DNA from: Deltaproteobacteria bacterium
GTDB lineage: Bacteria > Desulfobacterota > Desulfomonilia > UBA1062
Reading direction: 5' to 3'
DNA: 64,000 bases
Assembly (NCBI GenBank): GCA_029547185.1
Contig: JAKPPU010000004.1
Location: 40,576-104,575 of the forward strand
Both the position numbers and the translations under genes were made by a program. Positions 9,349-20,012 of the stretch are shown here, piece after piece (position 1 is the first letter of the stretch; every line of letters begins with the position of its first letter). Below the pieces are notes generated by a model. That model was given only the letters and a program-made list of their open reading frames with translations, was not told where the DNA came from and did not search any database.

Positions 9349-9822
9349 TCAGGTGGCGATCCACGCCCCGACATAGGCCAGGACGAGCCCGATTATGAGG
9401 CCTGCCGATCCGATCTGGAACCTGGTTTCTGCATTCGAGAGCAGCGCCATAACCTTGAGGAAAGCGCCGTCCTGGCTTCCAGAGGGATTGAGCATCTGCA
9501 TCCCCATACGGACGGTATCCGATATCTTCTGGAAGGTCTGCTCCTTGACGAGAAGCGCCACGCAACTCAGGATAATGAGGACATACGCATTGATGAGCAT
9601 GAATGTCCCCAGGATGAAACCCGAGAGGCCTACTTTGGACTGAAGATTTTCCGTGGACATCTCTAGATGGATGGGGGCGATGGCCGCTGATTCCTCGTGG
9701 TGGCTGCCGCATCCTGCAAAAAAGAGCACTGAAACAGCCATTATTGCCAGCAGACAGAACTTCAGCTTCTGCACAAAGGCCTCCCCATCAAATTTGTGCA
9801 GATATATACCCGTATTGTGCAT
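9349..9822 (-). CDS. Hypothetical membrane protein (possible lipoprotein)
   Basis: FAGC lipobox-like motif and two further hydrophobic helices; start uncertain. Confidence 0.5.
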   Translation of the reverse strand: MHNTGIYLHKFDGEAFVQKLKFCLLAIMAVSVLFFAGCGSHHEESAAIAPIHLEMSTENLQSKVGLSGFILGTFMLINAYVLIILSCVALLVKEQTFQKISDTVRMGMQMLNPSGSQDGAFLKVMALLSNAETRFQIGSAGLIIGLVLAYVGAWIAT

Positions 9823-9904
9823 TTCGTGTCAACAAACTTTAAAGTAATCACCAAGATCCTGCCGATTTAGAGGAGATACCACAGTCCGGAGGAGGAGTAT
9901 CGCG

Positions 9905-11266
9905 GTGGGGGAATTTGACGATCTCATTTCTGAATTCGTGACCGAGTCGAGAGAGCATATTGCCGATATCGAAGAAGATCTCATCAGGATCGAGGCCGGA
10001 ATGGAAGATGTCGATCCCGAGGTCATCAACCGTGTCTTCCGTGCCGCTCACTCTATAAAAGGCTCGGCAAAGTTCCTCGATCTGGCCAACATCAGCGATC
10101 TGGCGCACAAGCTCGAAGATGTCCTGAACCTGATCCGGGGAGGCAAGGTGATCCCTTCGAGCGAGGTTGCCGGCCCCCTCCTGCAGGCGGCAGACATGCT
10201 CAAAGTCATGCTCGAGGACGTCACGGCGAGCAACGGCATGGATATCTCCGAGCACGTTTCCCGGCTCCAGAGCATCATCGATGGAACCGGCTCCCAGGCA
10301 AGGTCCGGGCATAGGAATGCACCTTCCCTGCTGACCGAGAAAAATCCCCTGGAGCCTTTCGGGATCGATGACCGGACAATCATTCAGAAGCTGAAGATGA
10401 GCCAGGTGTACGTCCTGGATCTGGAGCCTAAGGAGAGTGCATCCGGTGAATCCGCGGACGACTTGAAGACCCTGGGGGAGATCCTCGGGTCTTACGAGAC
10501 GGCATCGGGCAGGCAAAGGGTCCTCTTTTCCACGATCATGGAATCCGACATGATACCCCAGGTCCTGAGAATCGACAGCGCTTCCTTCATACAGGTCACG
10601 AACGACATGGTTCATCCGGCAAAAGGCGCTCCGCATCAGGCAAAGGCTGAGCAATCCGGGCGGAAAATGAAAAAGACCGCCTGGCCTGCTGCGGAAATAC
10701 CGGAAGAGAAAGGCCCGGCCGGGGACGATGAGGCTCCTCGGGAAAACACCGCGGGACAGCCTCATCAGCCAAAGGGGAAGGTACGATTCAAGGGCGATGG
10801 GGAGGAGGAGAAGAAAGAGGAGAACACATCGTTTATCACGTTCTCCCTTGAGAATGAGACGTATGCGGTACCCATCCAGGCGATTGAGGAGATCATCGGG
10901 TATCAGGACATCAGCCTCCTTCCCAATGTGCCGGACTTCATCAAGGGCGTCATAAACTTGCGGGGCGAACTGGTGCCGGTCATGGACCTGCGCCTGAAAT
11001 TCCGGCTGGAGCCGAGGGAATACAACCCGCTGACCGTATTCCTCATCGTCCGGGTCGAGGACCGGGTCATGGGTCTGGTCGTAGACAACGTTGCCGACGT
11101 CCTCGTCATAGATCCGCTGCGCGTTCAGAAAAAGCCGGTGTTCTCGGCCAAGATATCCACCGATTTCATCAACGGCGTCTACAAGGACACACAGGATCAG
11201 ATGGTCATCCTCGTGGATGTCGCCGCTCTCACGAAGCCCGACGAGTGGGAGGTCAAGGCCGCCTGA
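9905..11266 (+). CDS. Hpt (CheA P1-like) plus CheW fusion protein
   Basis: FVTESREH...NRVFRAAHSIKGSA (Hpt); C-terminal FSLENETYAVPI...FIKGVINLRGELVPVMDLR (CheW); GGAGGAG RBS. Confidence 0.85.
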   Translation: MGEFDDLISEFVTESREHIADIEEDLIRIEAGMEDVDPEVINRVFRAAHSIKGSAKFLDLANISDLAHKLEDVLNLIRGGKVIPSSEVAGPLLQAADMLKVMLEDVTASNGMDISEHVSRLQSIIDGTGSQARSGHRNAPSLLTEKNPLEPFGIDDRTIIQKLKMSQVYVLDLEPKESASGESADDLKTLGEILGSYETASGRQRVLFSTIMESDMIPQVLRIDSASFIQVTNDMVHPAKGAPHQAKAEQSGRKMKKTAWPAAEIPEEKGPAGDDEAPRENTAGQPHQPKGKVRFKGDGEEEKKEENTSFITFSLENETYAVPIQAIEEIIGYQDISLLPNVPDFIKGVINLRGELVPVMDLRLKFRLEPREYNPLTVFLIVRVEDRVMGLVVDNVADVLVIDPLRVQKKPVFSAKISTDFINGVYKDTQDQMVILVDVAALTKPDEWEVKAA

Positions 11267-11270
11267 GGGC

Positions 11271-11858
11271 CTACTCCTTCTCTTTCGAGGGCGTCAGGAA
11301 TATGTGGACGAGAAGGCCCACCATGCCGAGCGATATGTAGGTATCCGCGAGGTTGAACGTGGGCCAGCGGAACCGTCCGACGTAGAGGCTCAAAAAATCC
11401 ACGACCTCGCCGAACAGGAACCTGTCCGTCAGGTTGCCCAGAGCCCCCGCGATGATGAGGCTGAAGACCGCCAGGAGAAGCCGGGATCTCTCCCTGATCT
11501 TCAGGAACACCACGAGGATCGCTATGAATGCGACAATGGTGATGCCGAGGAAAAAATACGTCCGGAAAGGCTCGGGGATGCCCTGGAGCATACCGAAGGC
11601 AGCCCCGGTATTCCTCACATGAATGATGTCGAGGAAGCCCGGAATGACGTTAAAGCCCGTGCCGACCTCGACCTTCCTGCAGATGAGCCACTTCGAAAGC
11701 TGGTCTGCGGCATAGCACGGGATAACGAGAAAAAGGGCCCACGCAAGCAGGGATGCCCTTCTCCCGTCTCTATCCTCCGGCTCTTCTTCGGGAAGATCCA
11801 GCTCCACTTCCTCGTCGAGTGCCGGTCCGCCTTCCTTGTTCTTGTCTTTCTTCCTCAC
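11271..11858 (-). CDS. lspA: Lipoprotein signal peptidase II
   Basis: DQLSK, NTGAAFG, GALGNLTDR, VVDF, FNLAD; directly downstream of ileS. Confidence 0.95.
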   Translation of the reverse strand: MRKKDKNKEGGPALDEEVELDLPEEEPEDRDGRRASLLAWALFLVIPCYAADQLSKWLICRKVEVGTGFNVIPGFLDIIHVRNTGAAFGMLQGIPEPFRTYFFLGITIVAFIAILVVFLKIRERSRLLLAVFSLIIAGALGNLTDRFLFGEVVDFLSLYVGRFRWPTFNLADTYISLGMVGLLVHIFLTPSKEKE

Positions 11859-11916
11859 CTTCCCTACCCTGGTCGTTTCTTAACGCCGGACAGCGGCAAA
11901 CGTCTTTTTTAGCCGG

Positions 11917-14706
11917 TCACGCAAGCTGCTCGGCACAGCGGCTGCAGAGGTCGACAAATTCAGGATGCTTCCCGATATCCTCCCGGTAATGCCAGCACCT
12001 CGGACACTTGCCGCCGGCGGCCTTGGCCACCTCTATGCGCAGCTCGGGGAAGGCCTCGATTTTCCCGAGGTTCTCATCGCCTTGCGCCACTTCAACGCTC
12101 GAGCAGATAAAGATGTCCTCGAGCATGGGCTCTATCTGCCTCAAGAATTCGAGGGTGCCGCCTTTCGCATACAGGGTGACCTTCGCATCCAGGGGATGCC
12201 CGATCACCTTTTCCCTGCGCGCGATCTCCATTTCCTTCGAGACCTCCTGGCGAAGCAGCAGAATGCGCTCCCACTTGCCCGCGAGCTCGCTGTCCATGAA
12301 GGCAGGGTCCGCCGCCGGCATCGACGCGAGGTGCACGCTCTCTTCCTTGCCCAGGAAGACGGGCATGTAATCCCAGATCTCCTCGGAGGTGAACGCCAGA
12401 ATGGGGGCGATGAGCCTCGTGAGGTCCATGATGATCCTGAAGATCGCGCTCTGGGCAGACCGCCTCTCCAGGGAATCTCTCTTGTAGACGTAGAGCCTGT
12501 CCTTGAGGATGTCGAGGTAGAAGGCACTCATGTCCACGACGCAGAAGTTGTGGATCTGCTGGTAGATGACGTAGGGCTCGTACTCCTCGTACGCCCTGCG
12601 GACCTTCTCGATGAGCTTGTTCGTCACATGCAGCGCGTAGCGGTCGAGCTCCAGCATGCTCTCGTAGGGGACCATGTCCTTGTCCGGGTCGAAGTCGGAG
12701 AGGTTGCCCAGCATGAAGCGCGAGGTGTTCCTGATCCTGCGGTAGGTCTCCACGAGCCGGCTCACGATCTCGTCGGAGATCCTGATGTCGTTCTTGTAAT
12801 CCTGGGCGCTGGCCCAGAGCCTCAAGATCTCTGCCCCGTACTTCGAGATGATCTCCTGGGGCGCGATGGTGTTTCCCAGCGACTTGGACATCTTTCTGCC
12901 CTCGCCGTCCACGACGAATCCGTGGGTCAGGACGCTCTTGTAGGGGGCCCTGCCCCTCGTGCCCACCGAGGCGAGCAGGGTGCTGTGGAACCATCCGCGG
13001 TGCTGGTCGGACCCTTCGAGATACATGTCCACGGGAACGCCCAGCCTCGCGTCCTTTTCGCACACCGCCGCATAGCTCACACCGGAGTCGAACCAGACGT
13101 CGACGATGTCTTCCTGCTTGCTGAGCTCGCTTCCGGAGCAGGCCGGACATTTGGCCCCCTCGGGAAGGAGCTCGGCGGCAGACCTTGCGAACCAGGCGTC
13201 CGCTCCTTCGGTCTCGAAGATGTCCGCCACGTGGAACGCGATCTTCTCCGATGTCAGGATCTCGCCGCAGTTCTTGCAGATGAACACCGGGATGGGGACT
13301 CCCCATGCCCGCTGGCGGGATACGCACCAGTCAGGCCTGTTTTCGACCATCGAATAGATCCTGTCCCTCCCCCACGAGGGAATCCACTTCACCCGGTTGA
13401 TCTCTTCGAGGGCCTTCTCCCTTAAGCGGTTCTGCTCCATGGAGATGAACCACTGGCTCGTGGAGCGGAAGATGATGGCGCTCTTGCACCGCCAGCAGTA
13501 CGGGTAGGTATGCGCATACGTCTCGACGGAGAGCAGCGCCCCTTCCCTCTTGAGCGCCTTGTTGACGCCTTCGTTGGCGTCGAACACGAACTGGCCTGCG
13601 AACTCGGGGACCTCTTTCGTGAACCTGCCCTCGTTGTCCACCGGTGCATAGACGTCGAGCCCGTAGACCTTGCCGATCTCGTAGTCCTCTTCGCCGTGTC
13701 CGGGGGCGATGTGGACGCACCCCGATCCTGCATCGAGGGTGACGAAGGGTGCGAGGATGATGAGCGACTCGCGGTCGTAGAGCGGGTGCTTGGCCTTGAG
13801 GTGCTCCAGCAGGCTGCCTTTGAAGACGGCGAGGGTGCTGTAATCGCTCACGCCGATCTGCTTCATGACGTCGTCCACGAGGTCGGTGGCCATGACGAGC
13901 ACGCCGTATTCCTTCGTTTTCACTGCCGAGTACTCCAGGTCGGGGTGCAGGGCAATGGCCAGGTTCGCAGGGATGGTCCACGGCGTGGTCGTCCAGATGA
14001 CGACATACGTATCGTCCTTATAAGCTTTGAGCTCGGGCACCTTCTCGGAGATATCCGATATCATCTTGAAGCGCACGAAGATGGCCGGGGTGTTCTGATC
14101 GTGGTACTCGACCTCCGCCTCTGCCAGGGCCGTGCCGCACTTGGCGCACCAGTAGACCGGCTTGCGGGCCCGGTAGAGGGACCCTTGGCCGATGAACTTT
14201 CCGAGCTCACGGACGATGGTGGCCTCGTAGTCGTAATTCATGGTGACATAGGGCTCTTCCCACAGTCCGAACACGCCGAGGCGCTTGAATTCAGAGCGCT
14301 GGATGTCGAGATACCTGTTCGCATACTCCCTGCACTTCCTCCGTATCTCGACCTTGGACATCTCGGCGATCTTCCCGCCGAGTTCGATCTCGACCTGGTG
14401 CTCGATGGGCAGGCCGTGGCAATCCCAGCCCGGCCGATAGAACGTATCGTATCCCATCATGAAGAGTGATTTTATAATGATATCCTTCAATATCTTATTC
14501 AGGGCCGTGCCCAGGTGAATGTTGCCGTTGGCATAAGGCGGTCCGTCATGGAGAATGAACTTCTCCCTGCCCTTAGATCTCTCGATGATCCTCGCATAGA
14601 TGTCCCCATCCTCCCACCGCTTGAGCATTTCCGGCTCCTTGCTGACAAGGGATGCCTTCATGGGGAAGGCTGTCTGGGGCAGACACAGCGTATTCTTGTA
14701 ATCCAT
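11917..14706 (-). CDS. ileS: Isoleucine--tRNA ligase (type 1)
   Basis: LHDGPPYANGNIHLG, PGWDCHGLP, EGSDQHRGWF, KMSKS, C-terminal zinc finger CPRCW...CSRC. Confidence 0.99.
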   Translation of the reverse strand: MDYKNTLCLPQTAFPMKASLVSKEPEMLKRWEDGDIYARIIERSKGREKFILHDGPPYANGNIHLGTALNKILKDIIIKSLFMMGYDTFYRPGWDCHGLPIEHQVEIELGGKIAEMSKVEIRRKCREYANRYLDIQRSEFKRLGVFGLWEEPYVTMNYDYEATIVRELGKFIGQGSLYRARKPVYWCAKCGTALAEAEVEYHDQNTPAIFVRFKMISDISEKVPELKAYKDDTYVVIWTTTPWTIPANLAIALHPDLEYSAVKTKEYGVLVMATDLVDDVMKQIGVSDYSTLAVFKGSLLEHLKAKHPLYDRESLIILAPFVTLDAGSGCVHIAPGHGEEDYEIGKVYGLDVYAPVDNEGRFTKEVPEFAGQFVFDANEGVNKALKREGALLSVETYAHTYPYCWRCKSAIIFRSTSQWFISMEQNRLREKALEEINRVKWIPSWGRDRIYSMVENRPDWCVSRQRAWGVPIPVFICKNCGEILTSEKIAFHVADIFETEGADAWFARSAAELLPEGAKCPACSGSELSKQEDIVDVWFDSGVSYAAVCEKDARLGVPVDMYLEGSDQHRGWFHSTLLASVGTRGRAPYKSVLTHGFVVDGEGRKMSKSLGNTIAPQEIISKYGAEILRLWASAQDYKNDIRISDEIVSRLVETYRRIRNTSRFMLGNLSDFDPDKDMVPYESMLELDRYALHVTNKLIEKVRRAYEEYEPYVIYQQIHNFCVVDMSAFYLDILKDRLYVYKRDSLERRSAQSAIFRIIMDLTRLIAPILAFTSEEIWDYMPVFLGKEESVHLASMPAADPAFMDSELAGKWERILLLRQEVSKEMEIARREKVIGHPLDAKVTLYAKGGTLEFLRQIEPMLEDIFICSSVEVAQGDENLGKIEAFPELRIEVAKAAGGKCPRCWHYREDIGKHPEFVDLCSRCAEQLA

Positions 14707-14994
14707 CCTATCCTCCTTGTTGATTAACGGGTTACGAATCTATCCCATAGCGTGAAGGGTTGTCAATGCTTCGAGTGTCTTGAAGAGCCTTCCCACGGAG
14801 CGAATCGTGTGCACCTCACCACCCGGGTCTTTTCATGCTCCGGCACGGAAGGCATGACCGGTTTCATCGAACATGATGGACAGCAGGCGGATGCCTTTGA
14901 GCGAGCTATCAGGGGGACAGGATGCACATATCCATTATCCGGTTGCCGGGAAGCCCTCGTTCATGTATAATCTCCTTTAGGATCATCATCTTGG

Positions 14995-15864
14995 ATGTGC
15001 ACCTTGAGATGGAGAACGATCATTTCCTTTTTCTGCATCCTGGCCGGCATGATCGGCATGCCTTCGCAGGAGATATCTGCCGACGTTACGCTGAACGGAT
15101 ACGTCTTTTCGGATGACAGCACCGAGCTGTGGAAGAACCCGTATTTCAGCAATTTCAGCCGGGAGATCGATATCAGCGTCATCCTCTACGGATATGGCGA
15201 CTTCTCGGGCAGGGAATTCAAGCAGATGTGGTGGCAGGAATGGATCGTAGCGGGCATCCAGTGCATTTTATTCCGTGAGCAGGGTTACATCCCTTCCTAC
15301 AATGAAACGACCGCATCCTTCGACATGGAGGAGTACGACTCGGGCTCCCTCATCTATGCAAAAGATACTCAGGACAATATCCATGTCCTCAGCTACTCTG
15401 CAGCTCAAGCGCCCTGGGATTACTCGCTCCTCCCCGAAGGCGGCACCACCCTGAAGTACCCCGCCGATCCGGTCCCCGGGCAGCAGGTGTTCTGCGGTCG
15501 TGTCGAGGCAACCGGGGTGCAGATGGGCGAGATAGAAGACCTCGTAACCATTTCGTTCGACTCCCTCCCCCAGTATCCCTCGAAAACGCTCACTGAATAT
15601 CTGCGGCCCGGAGCAGGGGTGATCGCCGTTTCCTACAACTGGGAGGGGAGAATAAACGGATACTCGTTCGATGCAGTCCCGCCTGAATGGCAGGAAGAAG
15701 ACCAGAGCAAATGGGAAGAATGGAAGGATGATCACTGCTTCATCTCTACGTGTGCGCCGGGAACACCCTGCCGCGGGAGTATCTTGCAGAATTCCGTTCA
15801 TCGGGCCATCCGGATCGGAGAGGCTGCAAGAATCGCCTTGACTTCAATCATAAATAAATATTGA
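14995..15864 (+). CDS. Secreted hypothetical protein with a CFI-box-like C-terminal motif
   Basis: Signal peptide; acidic linker then DDHCFISTCA near the C-terminus. Confidence 0.6.
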   Translation: MCTLRWRTIISFFCILAGMIGMPSQEISADVTLNGYVFSDDSTELWKNPYFSNFSREIDISVILYGYGDFSGREFKQMWWQEWIVAGIQCILFREQGYIPSYNETTASFDMEEYDSGSLIYAKDTQDNIHVLSYSAAQAPWDYSLLPEGGTTLKYPADPVPGQQVFCGRVEATGVQMGEIEDLVTISFDSLPQYPSKTLTEYLRPGAGVIAVSYNWEGRINGYSFDAVPPEWQEEDQSKWEEWKDDHCFISTCAPGTPCRGSILQNSVHRAIRIGEAARIALTSIINKY

Positions 15865-15940
15865 AATAAGCTTTGATATGTTCGGCCGGCTGCCAGGTTA
15901 GGTTGGATGTATTCAATATCACATGCAAGGCAGGTGAGAG

Positions 15941-16396
15941 ATGATAGCATACCAGCTCACGGTACCAGTGGAAAACACACCGGGAAAGCTTGCCCAGGTC
16001 TCGGGAATCCTCACGAGAGAGAAGATCAATATCCGGGCCATCACCATATCCTCGTTCGGCGAGAAGGGCTTCCTCAATATCCTCGTCGACGATCCGAAGC
16101 TGGCTCAGAAGGCCCTTGCCAGAGAGGGTATACCGGTAGAGCTCAAGGCGATCATCGCCATCCTCATCGAAGACAAGCCCGGCGGAATGGACAAGCTCGT
16201 CCAGGTCCTCGCCGGAGAGGGCGTCAATGTCGAGAACGCCTACGGGTTCGTCCTCGAGAGCAGCAAGACCGCCGTCTTCGTCGTGGATGTATCCGACATC
16301 GAGAAGGCCCAGAAGGTCCTGAAAGAGCACAAGTTCAAGACGCTGAGTGCCGAGGCACTGGCCACCATAGAGCCGTTCCACTACATGAAATACTGA
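15941..16396 (+). CDS. Tandem ACT domain protein
   Basis: QLTVPVENTPGKLA...INIRA...IEDKPGGM...VNVENAYGF; paralog of 20013-20444. Confidence 0.9.
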   Translation: MIAYQLTVPVENTPGKLAQVSGILTREKINIRAITISSFGEKGFLNILVDDPKLAQKALAREGIPVELKAIIAILIEDKPGGMDKLVQVLAGEGVNVENAYGFVLESSKTAVFVVDVSDIEKAQKVLKEHKFKTLSAEALATIEPFHYMKY

Positions 16397-16535
16397 CGGC
16401 TCCTTTAGCGTCTCACCCGCTCGCTCCGGTTCATCTGTGAAGAATTCTCGGCCCGTTCAGGATTATTCCCGCTCGGGATATCCTCTCTTCCCCTGACCGC
16501 ACGCACCCAATGCACACTTCGTGACGATGCTGCCG

Positions 16536-17837
16536 CTACTTGACGAGGCTGGGCAGGAAGGTCGCGAGCTGCGGGAACGGGATGAGGAGGAAGGTCACGA
16601 GGACCATGGCGATGAGCAGAGGCAGGGCCCCTTTGAAGATGACGTGCAGAGGCACGTCCCTGGCAATCCCGCCCACCACGTAAACGTTCACTCCCACCGG
16701 CGGCGTGATGACGCCCATCTGGGTGACGAGCACGATGATGACCCCGAACCAGATGGGGTCGAACCCGTAGTGAAGCACCACCGGATAGAAGATAGGGATG
16801 GTGAGCATGATGAGTGCCAGCGAATCGATGAAGCATCCGCCGATGAGATAGATCACGACGATGAAGCTCATGATGGCCCAGGGCGGCATGTTGAACGAAG
16901 ATATCCAGCCCGCTATGTCATAGGGAATGCGCGATACCGCCAGGAAGTGTCCGAAGACGGTGGCGCCCGCCACGATCACCATGATCATGCAGGAGATCCT
17001 CGTGGTCTCCTCGAGGGCCTGTACGAAGCCTTTCCAGTCGATGTTGCGCTTGACGATTGCGACCACGAGCGTGGCGAATGCCCCCATGCCCCCGGCCTCG
17101 GTGGGGGTGAAGAGCCCTGCGAAGAGCCCTCCCATGACGAATACGAAGATGATGAGGATCTCCAGGGTTCCAGGCAGAGAGGCGATCCTTTCCTTCCAGG
17201 TGCTCTTCGGTCCCTTGGGGCCGAGCTCGGGTTTGAGCGTGACCCAGATGAGGATGGTGGCGATGAAGAAGATCGTCAGCACGATCCCCGGCAGAATGCC
17301 CGAGATGAAGAGCTTGCCGATGGACTGCTCGGTGAGGATGCCGTACACGATGAAGATGACGCTGGGCGGGATGAGGATGCCCAGACCCCCTCCTGCCGCC
17401 ACCACGCCGGTGGCCAGTTCGGGCTTGTAGTTGTAGCGCTTCATTTCGGGCAGGGTCGCAGCCGCCATGGTGGCTGCCGTGGCGTTCGTGGATCCGCAGA
17501 TGGCCGCAAAGGCCGCGCACGCACCGACGGTGGCAATGGCAAGACCGCCCGGCAGATGTCCGATGAACTTGTAGGCCGTATCGAAGAGCCGCGACGAGAT
17601 GCCTGCGTGGAAGGCGATCTGCCCCATGAGAACGAAGAGCGGAATCACGGTGAGGTTGTAGGAGTTAAAGACCGCAAAAACGTCCTTGGCCATGAGGCTC
17701 AAGGCCGAATCATAGGAGACGATCGTGCCGAACCCGATAAAGCCGATGAGGGCCATGACGAAGCCCACGGGCATCCTGCTGAAGAGCAGGACGACCAGTG
17801 CCAGAAGTCCGATGATGCCGATGGTTGTTGGACTCAT
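16536..17837 (-). CDS. TRAP transporter large permease (DctM family)
   Basis: IPLFVLMG, GGLAIA, GILIPPS, FTPTEAG, ITPPVG. Confidence 0.95.
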   Translation of the reverse strand: MSPTTIGIIGLLALVVLLFSRMPVGFVMALIGFIGFGTIVSYDSALSLMAKDVFAVFNSYNLTVIPLFVLMGQIAFHAGISSRLFDTAYKFIGHLPGGLAIATVGACAAFAAICGSTNATAATMAAATLPEMKRYNYKPELATGVVAAGGGLGILIPPSVIFIVYGILTEQSIGKLFISGILPGIVLTIFFIATILIWVTLKPELGPKGPKSTWKERIASLPGTLEILIIFVFVMGGLFAGLFTPTEAGGMGAFATLVVAIVKRNIDWKGFVQALEETTRISCMIMVIVAGATVFGHFLAVSRIPYDIAGWISSFNMPPWAIMSFIVVIYLIGGCFIDSLALIMLTIPIFYPVVLHYGFDPIWFGVIIVLVTQMGVITPPVGVNVYVVGGIARDVPLHVIFKGALPLLIAMVLVTFLLIPFPQLATFLPSLVK

Positions 17838-18328
17838 CCTATCTCAGCCCCCCTTAACTGACGCAGGAACTCGATGAGCAGGACTACGCAGAGCATGCCG
17901 CACCCGAGAGCGACGCCGTAGATGAACGGATACACCGGCATCTGGAGCGTGAGCGATACCTCGCCGGAGGCTTTCAGGCCATGTGCATAGACCACGCTCT
18001 GCCAGGTGATGATCCCGAACAGGAACGTTGACACGAGGGCGTTGATCGAGTACACGACCACCCTCACCATCCGGGGCATCTTCATCATGAGAATGTCGAC
18101 ATAGATGTGCCCGTTCTTGACCGAGGTGTACGGCAGCGCAAACGAGATGATCACGGCGCCCACGAACCCCACGATCTCATAGGTTCCCTTGATGGGGCTC
18201 CCGAAGAGACGCCCGACCACGTCCGCAACCGTGAGGAACATGATGAAGGCCACACCGGCCGCTGCCAGAAGGTTTACCTTTTCCGCAGCAGCGTCGACAA
18301 ACTTCTCTATACGCAAAAAAGAAATCAT
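17834..18328 (-). CDS. TRAP transporter small permease (DctQ family)
   Basis: Four TM segments, ADVVGR and GHIYVD motifs; overlaps the dctM-like gene by 4 nt. Confidence 0.92.
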   Translation of the reverse strand: MISFLRIEKFVDAAAEKVNLLAAAGVAFIMFLTVADVVGRLFGSPIKGTYEIVGFVGAVIISFALPYTSVKNGHIYVDILMMKMPRMVRVVVYSINALVSTFLFGIITWQSVVYAHGLKASGEVSLTLQMPVYPFIYGVALGCGMLCVVLLIEFLRQLRGAEIG

Positions 18329-18412
18329 GGGGGGTCCCCCTCGACATGCAGGGGAGGCCTCCGGTTTGTATCCGCCGGAGGCCTTCTCTGCAAATCAAAT
18401 TTTATGAAATCA

Positions 18413-19465
18413 TCACTTTCCGAACTTCGCGATCTTGTCCGCCAGCAGAGCAACGTACTTGTCGCCTTCGATGCCCTTTTCCTTCATGGCCTTGATGTAG
18501 CCGTCGATCACGGGCTTCACGGCAGCCTTCCATTTTTCAGCCTCTGCCGCGGGCAGGGCGACGACGGTGTTTCCGAGACCCTTGATGAAGGTCAGGCCTT
18601 CGGCATCCGCTTCATCCCAGGCCTTGCCCTGGACGTCTATGTACTCGCTGCTCACATCGGTGAAGACCTTCTTCACATCCTCGGGAAGCGCATCCCACTT
18701 CGCCATGTTCATGACCACGAACATGGCCGTGGTGTAGCCGACATTCGTGCAGTCGGTGGTGGCTTTCACGACCTCGCCCTGTTTCCAGCCCTTCATGGTC
18801 TCCATGGGGGCAAAGGTGCCTTCCACCACTCCCTTCTGGAGCGCCTCGTAGGTGCCGGGCTGCGGCATGGCCACGGGCACGCCGCCCAGGACCTCAACCA
18901 TCTTGGCGCTGAGTCCCGTGGAGCGGATCTTCATGCCCTTGAGATCCTTGAGCGTGCTCACCGGCTTCTTGGTATGCAGAAGGCCGGGACCGTGGGCATG
19001 GATGTAGAGCACGTGCACGTCGTCGAGCTCCGGGGGCTTCACCTCGTTGTAGAACTCGTTGGCGATCTTCGTCGCAGCCATGCCGTTTGGGTATCCGAGC
19101 GGCAGGTCTACCGCCTCCATGACCGGGAACCGTCCCCTGGTGTAGGCGAAGCAGGACATGCCGATGTCCGAGATCCCTTTCACGACGCCGTCATAGCAGT
19201 CATTGGCGCTCGTGAGCGTGCCGCCAGGGAACACGTTGATCTTCACTGCCCCGTTCGTCCGCTTTTCGATCTCTTTGGCCCATGCCTCACCGGCCTTGCA
19301 CTGGGCGTGGGTGGGCGGGAAGAAAATGCTGTACGTGAGCTCCACGGTCTTGGCCTTTGCCGCGCCTTCCGAGGATGCCGTTCCCTCTTCCGATTTCTTG
19401 CTGCAGGACACGCAGAGCATTGACGAGACCAGACAACAGATGAGACTGAATCCTAGCTTTTTCAT
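18413..19465 (-). CDS. TRAP transporter substrate-binding lipoprotein (DctP family)
   Basis: Lipobox CVSC; [31 protein letters not shown]. Confidence 0.93.
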   Translation of the reverse strand: MKKLGFSLICCLVSSMLCVSCSKKSEEGTASSEGAAKAKTVELTYSIFFPPTHAQCKAGEAWAKEIEKRTNGAVKINVFPGGTLTSANDCYDGVVKGISDIGMSCFAYTRGRFPVMEAVDLPLGYPNGMAATKIANEFYNEVKPPELDDVHVLYIHAHGPGLLHTKKPVSTLKDLKGMKIRSTGLSAKMVEVLGGVPVAMPQPGTYEALQKGVVEGTFAPMETMKGWKQGEVVKATTDCTNVGYTTAMFVVMNMAKWDALPEDVKKVFTDVSSEYIDVQGKAWDEADAEGLTFIKGLGNTVVALPAAEAEKWKAAVKPVIDGYIKAMKEKGIEGDKYVALLADKIAKFGK

Positions 19466-19582
19466 GAATCCTCCTCTCCATCAACTTCCTTTTTCAATGA
19501 ATTTTTATATCTCACTTCCAAACCCGCTTATATTAACGGGAGCACGCTGTACTGTCCGTCTCCCGGTGAGACATCCTGTCTT

Positions 19583-20011
19583 TCATTCACCTCGATCCCC
19601 GGAGGCGGCCTTCGGCTCGAAATCCGCGTTGCAGTTGGGGCACTTGACGTTGTCTGCATACACGAGGCTGCCGCAGTCGGAGCATATCGATATCGTTCCT
19701 TCCTTCATGCCCGAGATGGCGCCCTTGAAAGGAAGGCCCGCTATCTTCTTGAGCAGGATGATGATCTCTGCGAGCGCATCGAAGAGGACATAGAGGGCGA
19801 CGCACGCGATGAGACCGGCGATTCCCAGGCCGATCCAGAGAAAGGAGGCGGTGAGGATGGTCACCACCACGCCCGCCAGGGAGCCGGCGATTCCCGCAAC
19901 GAGGAATATTCTGGCAACGACCGGCAGAGCGGCCTCCTTGCCTTGAGTATCCCTGAAAGGCTCGGTTACGATCCGGGCCATCTCCCTGCCCTGCGCAAGA
20001 TTCGAGTCCAT
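19583..20011 (-). CDS. Hypothetical membrane protein with a C-terminal zinc ribbon
   Basis: Two TM helices; CSDC...CPNC; starts 1 nt after the ACT gene stop. Confidence 0.65.
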   Translation of the reverse strand: MDSNLAQGREMARIVTEPFRDTQGKEAALPVVARIFLVAGIAGSLAGVVVTILTASFLWIGLGIAGLIACVALYVLFDALAEIIILLKKIAGLPFKGAISGMKEGTISICSDCGSLVYADNVKCPNCNADFEPKAASGDRGE

Positions 20012-20012
20012 G

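Noticed and set aside
11965-13425. Long antisense ORFs (also 16521-17861, 20047-21891, 26957-28504, 59248-60990, 61327-62571 and others)
   Set aside because: They are shadows of well-supported genes on the opposite strand, expected with high-GC codon bias, and carry no recognisable motifs.
14707-14990. T-box or attenuator upstream of ileS
   Set aside because: A TTGACA promoter element lies only about 55 nt from the start, and no T-box motif or terminator was seen.
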